Notes: generated by a model from the sequence alone, not told the origin. Positions 1-9,736 are shown, counted from the first letter of the stretch. The stretch: DNA of 16,359 nt from Neoechinorhynchus agilis (GCA_051530055.1 JBMGUZ010000060.1:1-16359), one strand, 5' to 3'. Numbers and translations: made by a program.

Positions 1-1584
1 TGATAATTCTTTCAAATATTTGCTTTTCAACGATTACGTTTGGTTGAAGTTTCAATTAACGATGTTTGATTCAGAAAAATAGATTTTATTGCAAATTTTC
101 GGCTTTTTCGTTTTCTTTAGTCAATTGTTTTCGCTCTTAAGAAGGCCAACGAAAAGGCTGAAACTTTTCAGGATAAATCTATACGCAAGGGGCACTGGGA
201 TCGTCAGCACAAAACTTCTGCGCTGAACTCGGACGACGGCTCACATCCTGCACAGGAGAGCGGCGCTAAAGGACTTTCCTAATCCAAAGCACGGGAAATT
301 AGTGTTGGATTTCTCAAAAAAACCTGATAATTCTTTCAAATATTTGCTTTTCAACGATTACGTTTGGTTGAAGTTTCAATTAACGATGTTTGATTCAGAA
401 AAATAGATTTTATTGAAAATTTTCGGCTTTTTCGTTTTCTTTAGTCAATTGTTTTCGCTCTTAAGAAGGCCAACGAAAAGGCTGAAACTTTTCAGGATAA
501 ATCTATACGCAAGGGGCACTGGGATCGTCAGCACAAAACTTCTGCGCTGAACTCGGACGACGGCTCACATCCTGCACAGGAGAGCGGCGCGAAAGGACTT
601 TCTAATCCAAAGCACGGGAAATTAGTGTTGGATTTCTCAAAAAAACCTGATAATTCTTTCAAATATTTGCTTTTCAACGATTACGTTTGGTTGAAGTTTC
701 AATTAACGATGTTTGATTCAGAAAAATAGATTTTATTGAAAATTTTCGGCTTTTTCGTTTTCTTTAGTCAATTGTTTTCGCTCTTAAGAAGGCCAACGAA
801 AAGGCTGAAACTTTTCAGGATAAATCTATACGCAAGGGGCACTGGGATCGTCAGCACAAAACTTCTGCGCTGAACTCGGACGACGGCTCACATCCTGCAC
901 AGGAGAGCGGCGCGAAAGGACTTTCTTAATCCAAAGCACGGGAAATTAGTGTTGGATTTCTCAAAAAAACCTGATAATTCTTTCAAATATTTGCTTTTCA
1001 ACGATTACGTTTGGTTGAAGTTTCAATTAACGATGTTTGATTCAGAAAAATAGATTTTATTGCAAATTTTCGGCTTTTTCGTTTTCTTTAGTCAATTGTT
1101 TTCGCTCTTAAGAAGGCCAACGAAAAGGCTGAAACTTTTCAGGATAAATCTATACGCAAGGGGCACTGGGATCGTCAGCACAAAACTTCTGCGCTGAACT
1201 CGGACGACGGCTCACATCCTGCACAGGAGAGCGGCGCGAAAGGACTTTCTTAATCCAAAGCACGGGAAATTAGTGTTGGATTTCTCAAAAAAACCCGATA
1301 ATTCTTTCAAATATTTGCTTTTCAACGATTACGTTTGGTCGAAGTTTCAATTAACGATGTTTGATTCAGAAAAATAGATTTTATTGAAAATTTTCGGCTT
1401 TTTCGTTTTCTTTAGTCAATTGTTTTCGCTCTTAAGAAGGCCAACGAAAAGGCTGAAACTTTTCAGGATAAATCTATACGCAAGGGGCACTGGGATCGTC
1501 AGCAGAAAACTTCTGCGCTGAACTCGGACGACGGCTCACATCCTGCACAGGAGAGCGGCGCGAAAGGACTTTCCTAATCCAAAG
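1..1584. repeat. Tandem array, ~324-bp unit, ~4.9 copies (runs off the left edge)
   Basis: The motif (t/c)gataattctttcaaatatttgc starts at 1, 325, 648, 972 and 1296 (spacings 324, 323, 324, 324). Copies differ by only a few substitutions or 1-nt indels. Each unit has an AT-rich half and a GC-richer core. The array ends at ...ttcctaatccaaag (~1584). Confidence 0.98.
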
Positions 1585-2938
1585 GATTAGCCTCGCAATC
1601 CAACGAGGAAACGCCGTCATCGTCCGAGGCACGATCTCAGCTTAAAATAAAACACTTTTGAAAAGACTTAAAATTTATTTGTTCGAAAAAAAATTCTGAA
1701 TCAAACATTATAATGAATAATTTCTTTACAAAGGTTGACGTTTGCAAGATGAACTTTGTTTAGCGGACTCTAAGAAAATTGTTTATTTGGCAGACGTGAA
1801 AAATTGACAAAACCTTAACCTAGATGATTAAGAACAATAAATCGATCACCGATTTAAGAATAATAAAAGAAGCAATCGCATAGTTAATTCATATTTGGCC
1901 GAAATTTACCGGCTTCTTTTATACTTTCAATTGATTTCTTTCCAAATATTTCTTTGCTCCAAATTGAACGATACTCTACATAGTAGAAACCGTCTTAGGT
2001 AAAGTAAATGTGAATCGATAATCTGCTATGTCTAAAGAACAAATCGAAAAATTCTAAGAAACTTTAAGTACCGTTGCTGATAAACTCAATTCAGACTACT
2101 CTTCACTCGACATAAATTCCTTTTTAAAAAAGAACGGTGGTGATTGCACGTTTTGTGCTTTATTATTGTGAAAATTTTATACTTAAATCTTCAAGCCGTT
2201 TGGATCGTGTTTACAATCAAAAATGTTGTAAAGATGTTCATCATTTTAACTTATAACGAATTATAATAATGAAAGCAACTCTTTCATTTACACAACAACA
2301 AAACGTTTCAACAATCACTACCGTCCACGAAGAAGAGGCATCGCCTCAGTGGTCGCAACCACACTCGCTGCGTTTCCCTGTTTTCTATCGCGAGACCAAT
2401 GTTTTGGCTTGTATTTCTTGTCTTGGCTCGGAGTCTACTCGATAACTCCTTCGTAAATCCAAGTGCCGAGCTACACCTTAAATTTTTTGTTAGATATTCT
2501 TCGTTGAATTTAAAAAAAGTAGAAAACCAATTTTTTTTTCAATTTTTTGATGTTTCTCCCTAATATTGTTTTCGAGAAAAAAGGATTTTTTAAATCTTGA
2601 AGTCGTTGTAACTTTCTTAGTGAACCAAATCTATAGATTTCATTGTGTTTTCCACTTCGGACTCAAATAATTTTTGAATTTAGAACAAGAAATCAATTTT
2701 TTTTAAGCTCTGCAACATCGTTTCATGTTTAAGTTTTGTTTTTCATGGATGCTTTTTATTTCCTAATTCACGTAGATGAAACCGAGGCGTCCAACTGCGA
2801 CGACCTTTAAAATTTTTCTAAATGCTATTGAGTTTTTGAGAGAAAAGTTGATATTTGTAAGAGCGATTGAGTGATTTTTATATGTAACCGCTCAAGCATT
2901 TCCTGTGGCGTTAACTCACGCAGACACGCAAAACGTTT

Positions 2939-4033
2939 CTATATATTGGCAGTTCGTCTGGCCTTTAGAATGGTAGCTCTTAAGAAAAACTGCCTTCGAG
3001 CCAATTCTCTGTTTTGTCTAAGAAACGTGTCCAAATTGATCAATTTTTTCCGTTGGATTTCACCCAGCAGATAGAGAGCATCGTGGATGGCACAATCCTC
3101 AGCGTGGGATTCGAATATTTGTTTGTATACTGGAGCCGTAGTGACCATAATTTCGTTGATTCTTTTTGCAGATTCGTATGAGTCACTAGAATCGGACGAA
3201 TTGATACACGACTGATTTTCCTTCTGAGAGCAAATCGTTTTCTCAAGTTTAGGGATTGCTTCCTTAAGTCGTTCGATATATTCCGTAATTCTTAGTTTTT
3301 CTGCACGAATTTCTTCTAAATGCGAATCGATCCTTTCCGCTCCCATCACTAAATCCTGTTCGGCCTTTACTAACAACGACAATTCTTTAGCTTGATCGTG
3401 ATAAATGTTAGAGATCCGCCGGCGACCAGCGTCCATTGCTGCACTCATCAAACTCGTTTTTATGACCGAGTCTGGAAGTGCAGGGAATGATTTTGGTACT
3501 TGGGACGAAGTAAACTCATTTACTGCCGGATACATACTTGATGGTGTTGAAGTTCTTGAACCATCTTCGAGCGGTTTAGTGCTAGCATAAACGGGCGTAT
3601 GGGTACCGAATTCGGTCGATAGGGCTTGGAGGAGAGTGGAGAGGTCACTACTGGGATGTTTCCATTCTTTGAGGAATTTGAGCGCAATTACTCGTCCGCT
3701 GTTGGAATCAATTGTCGGACACGTTGAACTAAGAACCATTTGCTTGGTTGGCTTTACAAATACCTCAGGATGAGTGTAAGGAAACATTTCCGGAAGCTCG
3801 ATCGATAGTGGAATATTGTATGTTGATGATCGAAACGTGATCGGTAACAGTCCAACAACTTTGATCAACCGCGCCGGCGTGTGATTGAGGCTGAATTTTG
3901 CGTAAGGAGGCCTAATGGCCGCCATGAGTTCCCTTTTGATAAGTTGCTTGTATTTGTGATTCGATTTTTGAACTGCCCGATCAATGTCGTTGCCTGTATG
4001 TGAAGCATTCATCTTCAACGATAATTTGAACAT
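2939..4033 (-). CDS. TSG101: Tumor susceptibility gene 101 / Vps23, ESCRT-I subunit (intronless, 364 aa; start may be the second Met at 4012)
   Basis: N-terminal UEV domain (TYNIPLSIELPEMFPYTHPEVFVKPT; EWKHPSSDLSTLLQALSTEFG..PVY), a coiled coil after IKTSLMSA, and a C-terminal steadiness box (TAPVYKQI..AED.AI.DALY.LGE....I.LDTFLR..RELARRQF.LRA...KAR). These match my recollection of TSG101 family sequences. Confidence 0.96.
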   Translation of the reverse strand: MFKLSLKMNASHTGNDIDRAVQKSNHKYKQLIKRELMAAIRPPYAKFSLNHTPARLIKVVGLLPITFRSSTYNIPLSIELPEMFPYTHPEVFVKPTKQMVLSSTCPTIDSNSGRVIALKFLKEWKHPSSDLSTLLQALSTEFGTHTPVYASTKPLEDGSRTSTPSSMYPAVNEFTSSQVPKSFPALPDSVIKTSLMSAAMDAGRRRISNIYHDQAKELSLLVKAEQDLVMGAERIDSHLEEIRAEKLRITEYIERLKEAIPKLEKTICSQKENQSCINSSDSSDSYESAKRINEIMVTTAPVYKQIFESHAEDCAIHDALYLLGEIQRKKLINLDTFLRQNRELARRQFFLRATILKARRTANI

Positions 4034-4225
4034 TTTTTGTGACGGCTATAAAAGACGGGTGATTCTATTGTTCAAACAAATATATATAACGATTTGGAAA
4101 AACTATTAAAAAACAGAGGAAGATCTAATTCCCAAAAGATAGACGGACTTTAAATGAATGTTTGTGGATAGCGATTAGGTCATCTGTAGAACGATAATGC
4201 GGATTTGTTCTCTAATTAAAGATAG

Positions 4226-5209
4226 AATATCCACATTCTCGACGCTAACCGTCGGCATCCATCGATGAAAGTTGCTGGATTAATAGATTCGGTCGGGATT
4301 TTTTCGTTCAGGTATTCAGTAGTCGAATTTTTAGTATCTTAATCCGTCGAGCATTTGTCGGGTCGGATTCTTAGTATCTCAGTCGGTCGGACATTTTTCG
4401 GGTTGGATTCTTAGTATCTCAGTCGGTAGGGCATTTTTCGGGCCGGATTCTTAGTATCTCAGTGGGTCGGGCATTTTTCGGGCTGGATTCTTAGTATCTC
4501 AGTTGGTCGGGCATTTCTAGGGCCGGATTTTTAGTATCTCAGTCGGTCGGGCATTTCTAGGGCCGGATTCTTAGTATCTCAGTTGGTCGGACATTTTTCG
4601 GGTTGGATTCTTAGTATCTCAGTCGGTAGGGCATTTTTCGGGCCGGATTCTTGGTATCTCAGTGGGTCGGGCATTTTTCGGGCTGGATTCTTAGTATCTC
4701 AGTTGGTCGGGCATTTCTAGGGCCGGATTCTTAGTATCTCAGTCGGTCGGGCATTTCTAGGGCCGGATTCTTAGTATCTCAGTTGGTCGGGCATTTTTCG
4801 GGCCGGATTCTTAGTATCTCAGTTGGTCGGGCATTTTTCGGGCTGGATTCTTAGTATCTCAGTCGGTCGGGCATTTTTCGGGCCGGATTCTTAGTATCTC
4901 AGTTGGCCAAGCATTTTTCGGGCCGGATTCTTAGTATCTCAGTCGGTAGGGCATTTTTCGGGCCGGATTCTTAGTATCTCAGTCGGTCGGGCATTTTTAA
5001 TGCTGGATTCTTAGTATCTCAGTTGGTCTGGCATTTTTCGGGTTGGATTCTTAGTATCCTAGTCGGTCGGGCATTTTTTGAGATGTCCGTTTCTCAATTA
5101 ATCGACATGTCAAATATCCCATTTAGGATTGATCCAAAAATACAAGTTTTGTGGACTACAATGGCACTCATAAAAAGTTCCAGCTACCAAAAAAGAAGCC
5201 ATAAAACCG
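4226..5209 (+). CDS. Tentative exons (4226-4311, 5127-5209) of an unidentified spliced gene; the intron contains the 40-bp minisatellite
   Basis: Donor ttcag|gtattc at 4311/4312 and acceptor tttag|g at 5126/5127 join in phase 2 to give NIHILDANRRHPSMKVAGLIDSVGIFSF-R-IDPKIQVLWTTMALIKSSSYQKRSHKT. The next donor is g|gtaaac at 5209/5210. No homology recognised with confidence. Confidence 0.25.
4325..5079. repeat. 40-bp minisatellite, ~19 copies
   Basis: Consensus GGATTCTTAGTATCTCAGTCGGTCGGGCATTTTTCGGGCC. The GGATT motif recurs exactly every 40 nt from 4365 to 5045 with no indels, and there is a diverged copy at 4325. Confidence 0.98.
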
Positions 5210-5801
5210 GTAAACTACCTTAAGCACGGAATTAAATCCTTTCAAACTTCTCTCGGTTGTAATATTTTAGCTTTTTACTAGAGAAAGGTTACTCAACGCT
5301 CGAGTATGTGACTTTTTTTATCACGAACAAAAACCTCTATAGAGCGATAATTTTTTAAAATTTCAAACGAGACGACAACGTGAATTTACCTTTTGGTTTT
5401 ATCTGAACGATGTCTAACGGTTATAGATTTCTTTTGATTTGGGCGAAAACTGTGCGCCAATAACAAGACGAAATCTCGTGCGTATCTATTTTTCCATTTT
5501 GTTTTTTAATAAACATTCCGTCTAAATATTTGAGTACTTTTCAAAAACAACAATTCTCGAAAACCAAAGTGGCATTTGAATTGTTTACGATTTTTTCGTT
5601 TATATTGAAACAAAAGCAATTGGCATTAGTTTACAATTTAAATAATATAAACTTAATTTTGGTATCACATTTAAATTCATTAATTTCCCTTATTTTCCCA
5701 TGGATTGTTTATTTTAAAACGGAATAATGTTTTCTTTGAATTCTTTAACGAAATATCTGAAAAATAGACCAAAATGATCTTGTGATGAGTATACAGAGAA
5801 A

Positions 5802-6088
5802 ATGAAATCTTCGAACCATTTCAGCCAAACGGAAAGTTATAAAGATGGAATCTTTTTAAGCAGGCGACATCTAAGACTAAAAGCACTTTCCGTCGATCTA
5901 AAAGGATTCTGTCGTAGTTTGACTACATTAGGAAATGATGAATTATTGGTACGTTTAAAAACCAATCAATTGTCAAATTGATACGCTTTTTATCAAATAT
6001 CCATGATATTTATCAATCGCTTTTTTAGGTTTTTGGTGTATTGATCCAATTGAATGCTTTGTTCATTGAGAAGGACTTTTGCGAATGA
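5802..6088 (+). CDS. Tentative 3' exons (5802-5948, 6029-6088) of an unidentified protein; 68 aa if started at ATG 5802
   Basis: A 49-codon open frame ends at donor ttg|gtacgt. An 80-nt intron ending cgcttttttag follows, with phase-0 continuation VFGVLIQLNALFIEKDFCE* (TGA 6086-6088). Confidence 0.4.
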
Positions 6089-6280
6089 CAAAATTGATTC
6101 CTTTGTTTGTTTTCCCTTTTTATTTTGCACTGTGATTTTAACCCAAATCCTTCATTGCAGTAATGCGAAAAAAAGTTAAAAGATCAATTATCTTTAAAGG
6201 TTAACCATAATCATTTGAGTTTCTAATCATTCAAAGGAACCGAGTTCGATCAACCATTCCTTTATGGTCCATAAACTGAT

Positions 6281-8438
6281 TCAACACTGTCCACAACCAA
6301 AAGGTGTCGAATGTTTAGTTGGCTCCTCAGTTTCTGAGAAAATACCATTTGATCGATTTTAAAAATACTGCCCAATTTTCTTGGATATCGAGACCCGAAG
6401 CGAACCTGAGGAGAGACCCAACCTCACAAACTCCCCAACAAACAATAAAAGCCAACTTTCCTGATCCAAACGAACCCGCAATCCACTCCAAAATCTAGAG
6501 CTACACTCATTTATCCTATCAGATCTCGCAATTCCCTGTACCTCCGCTCCTTTTTGCATATTGTACAATTTTCTTGGATGCCGAAACCCGAAACGAACCT
6601 GAGGAAAGACCAACCTCACAAACTCCCCAACAAACAATAAAAGCCAACTTTCCTGATCCAAACGAACCCGCAATCCACTCCAAAATCTAGAGCTACACTC
6701 ATTTATCCTATCAGATCTCGCAATTCCCTGTACCTCCGCTCCTTTTTGCATATTGTACAATTTTCTTGGATGCCGAAACCCGAAACGAACCTGAGGAAAG
6801 ACCAACCTCACAAACTCCCCAACAAACAATAAAAGCCAACTTTCCTGATCCAAACGAACCCGCAATCCACTCCAAAATCTAGAGCTACACTCATTTATCC
6901 TATCAGATCTCGCAATTCCCTGTACCTCCGCTCCTTTTTGCATATTGTACAATTTTCTTGGATGCCGAAACCCGAAACGAACCTGAGGAGAGACCCAACC
7001 TCACAAACTCTCTAGAAAACAATAACCGTCAACTTTCCCGACCCGAACGAGCCCGTTATCCACTTCAAAATCAACAGCCACATTCATTTGTACCTATCAG
7101 TACTCGCACCTTCCTGTACATCCGCTCCTTTTTCCATACTACCCAATTTTCTTGGATGCCGAGATCCGAAGTAAACCTGAGGAAAGACCAACCTCACAAA
7201 CTCCCTAGAAAACAATAACCGTCAACTTTCCCGACCCGAACGAGCCCGTTATCCACTTCAAAATCAACAGCCACATTCATTTATCCTATCAGATCTCGCA
7301 ATTCCCTGTACCTCCGCTCCTTTTTCCATACTGCCCAATCTTCTTGGATATCGAGACCCGAAACGAACCTGAGGAGAGACCCAACCTCACAAACTCTCTA
7401 GAAAACAATAACCGTCAACTTTCCCGACCCGAACGAGCCCGTTATCCACTTCAAAATCAACAGCCACATTCATTTGTACCTATCAGTACTCGCACCTTCC
7501 TGTACATCCGCTCCTTTTTCCATACTACCCAATTTTCTTGGATGCCGAGATCCGAAGTAAACCTGAGGAAAGACCAACCTCACAAACTCCCTAGAAAACA
7601 ATAACCGTCAACTTTCCCGACCCGAACGTGCCCGTTATCCACTTCAAAATCAACAGCCACATTCATTTATCCTATCAGATCTCGCAATTCCCTCTACCTC
7701 CGCTCCTCTTTCCATACTGCCCAATCTTCTTGGATATCGAGACCCGAAATGAACCTGAGAAGAGACCTAATTTCACAAACTACCCAATCACACCAGATCC
7801 GTCGTCCTCTCCGGATCCGTCATCCATACCGGGCTGCTTAACAAGGTTGGACGAATCTGCTCAATAAAGTTAGACGAACTTTCAGCTTCAGTGTCGCTCG
7901 CTTAACTCATCTCACATCTCCACCCACCCAACCTCACAAACTCTTCTGGAATCAATAACTGATAATTCCCACCCATACTGCACCTTCCAAACAGACTAGA
8001 TATCCCCATACAACCGGGCCCGATTTCCAATCCCAAAGACGTCAATTTTTCTTTCTTTCCTAAATGTTCATGAGGACCCAAACGGGGACATGAGTATTCT
8101 TCGTTGTGCATCAACAACAAATATAACATCTTATTATTATAACCGCTGACTTGGTACACGGGTCCTATTCTTTAGGCTATAATAAAACGTTGCGGAAAAA
8201 AGGAAGGAATTTATTGAATCCAGTATTTCTGAGGAACAATCTTGTGTGTCTTTATCAATGTTGTTTGTAAGTTTTCTATTAGGTAAGCTAAAAACAACAT
8301 TAATGAAGATGTGCAAGATTGTTTGTCCGAAATCAATCGGATTTAATGAAATTCCTTTAATTTTTCCGTCCACCGTTTTTGAGAAAATATCAGCAATAAA
8401 TTCTAATAACATCGATTTTTCTTGTGAAACCAATAGAA
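6281..8438 (-). CDS. Tentative spliced gene, 3' exons 8438-8151, 7856-7794, 6333-6281; C-terminus ...DDGSGEDDGSETEEPTKHSTPFGCGQC*
   Basis: All three junctions are phase 1 and join in frame. The 7856 acceptor is preceded by a CTAAC branch-like motif, and the last acceptor is ttttctcag. The predicted intron 6334-7793 is almost exactly filled by the 192-bp array. The 5' end is unresolved and no family is recognised. Confidence 0.3.
6366..7790. repeat. Tandem array of 192-194-bp units (~7.4 copies) with two sub-families and a 386-bp higher-order dimer
   Basis: The anchor aat(t/c)ttcttggat occurs at 6374, 6567, 6759, 6951, 7145, 7337, 7531 and 7723 (spacings 193, 192, 192, 194, 192, 194, 192). 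The + strand is C/A-rich and G-poor. A degenerate outlier lies at ~7925-7970. Confidence 0.97.
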
Positions 8439-8503
8439 CTGAGGATCCAAAAGTTCATACATGGCTAATATTCTCGGTGCTTTAACTAATAAAATGTCTT
8501 TGT

Positions 8504-8927
8504 TGGTCTTCGTTGAGCTGTAACCACCCCGAGAATTAAACATTAATTATTGAATTAAATATTTCGGAACCTGAGTTCCCTCTTCAAAAAATAATTTACT
8601 GAAGAGGGAGGTTCCGAAATATTTAATTCAATAATTAATTTTTATTAATGGCGAATTTTTACCTCCTCGATACTAGAGAAATTTATTTTGAATTTTCGAG
8701 GGGAAATTCAGCTCCTGAATCCAGATAGCGAGATTGGATGACGTCTGACTGAATTTCCCCTTTTAGATGTCTGATGAGGAGGCTAAGGCCTCGAGAATTC
8801 AAAATAAATTTCTCTACTCTCGAGAAGGTAAAAATTCATTTTTCTGAAGAGGGAACTCAGGTTCCGAAATATTTAATTCAATAATTAATGTTTAATTCTC
8901 GGGGTGGTGACAGCTCACCGAAGACCA
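8504..8927. mobile_element. Foldback/MITE-like element with nested inverted repeats, non-coding, 424 bp
   Basis: Outer inverted repeats 8504-8586 / 8845-8927 (83 bp, 2 mismatches). Inner IR 8653-8701 / 8789-8837 (49 bp, a few mismatches). Innermost IR 8700-8711 / 8749-8760 (ggggaaattcag/ctgaatttcccc). An extra partial arm lies at 8600-8639. No clear target-site duplication. The structure is certain; mobility is inferred. Confidence 0.75.
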
Positions 8928-9369
8928 TAAAAAATGTGTTAATTTTATTGTTGTTTGAACATTGGATTATTGATGTATGTTTATGCCGGAAGGAATGTGG
9001 GTTAATTCCGATTGTTTTCGTAGCCACAATCTCCTGCCTTCTATATCACGATTGTTTCGAAATTTTGTCGTTCCTTTAAATTAGGTTGAGCTCCTCCGTT
9101 TTTGCAATGGATTCCAACGGAGACCAGTGTACGCAACGTTTTCAGTTTTTGACTTGTGGTTAAGATAATCCCGGTTAAAAATCATTCTATTGTTCGCGAA
9201 ATATTTCAAAAGAGGAAACCTCGCCTTATTGTTTCGCCAGTTTTTAAATACCTGAGTTTCTTTCGCTTATCCCGGATTGCGTCATCATTGCTTCTTGTTT
9301 CTTCCAGATCTGTAATTTCATGGACCGAATCCCATTTGATTTATCTGAGAATAAACCAAAAAAAGGAAT

Positions 9370-9736
9370 ATGATATCTAAGCTTCCATTTGACACTCACA
9401 TGGTTAGTTCTTTACTTTTTCTTGGTTTTCCTTTGATTGTGAGTTTAGGATTTTGTCGGTCAGAAGCGTGCCGAGCGGCTATATCAGATAGTGATTGTCA
9501 TTGGAGCCATTGTCGGGTTCATTCATGGATACATTGAACAACGTTTCTCCTTGACGATGTATTATACACTCAGTGCGATTGGAATCTCGGCACTTCTCGT
9601 GGTTCCACCATGGCCGTGGTTTAGACTAAATCCAATTAAGTGGAGAAAAACCAGTTCTGGGAGAAAATCCGGTCAGCATGGAGCTGGAACTCAACAAAAA
9701 AAGAAAGGTCCAAAGGATACAAAGAAAAAAGATTGA
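9370..9736 (+). CDS. SPCS1: Signal peptidase complex subunit 1 (SPC12), exons 9370-9402 and 9449-9736, 106 aa
   Basis: A 46-nt GT-AG intron (9403-9448) joins MISKLPFDTHM to DFVGQKRAERLYQIVIVIGAIVGFIHGY...LLVVPPWPWFRLNPIKW. This matches the family pattern MD(F/Y).GQK.AE...two TM helices...PPWP....P.KW, followed by a basic tail. Confidence 0.95.

Noticed and set aside
169-300. Repeat core as a tandem snRNA, 5S, tRNA or spliced-leader gene cluster
   Set aside because: No match to recalled U1/U2/U4/U5/U6, 5S or SL sequences, and no convincing A/B boxes. An Infernal/Rfam scan would settle it.
2871-3590. ORFs 2871-3074, 3040-3246 and 3405-3590
   Set aside because: They are antisense or alternative-frame shadows of TSG101.
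4047-4054. TATAAAAG as a TATA box for the tentative plus-strand gene
   Set aside because: Expected by chance in AT-rich DNA, and no start site is known.
4325-5079. CRISPR-like regular repeat
   Set aside because: The units are contiguous with only point variants and no unique spacers; the context is eukaryotic with no cas genes.
6359-6952. 197-aa minus-strand ORF with 64-aa repeats
   Set aside because: The unit length of 192 is a multiple of 3, so any stop-free frame propagates through identical copies. The ORF is confined to type-A units and shows no recognisable domain.
6958-7867. Repeated 86-aa and 79-aa plus-strand ORFs
   Set aside because: They are by-products of the 386-bp dimer; the G-poor strand has few stops, and unit lengths of 194 break the frame.
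8888-9380. ORFs 8888-9079 and 9156-9380, and minus-strand 5' exons for the tentative gene
   Set aside because: No recognisable homology. Candidate exons on both strands could not be joined into a frame that has a start codon and no stops.
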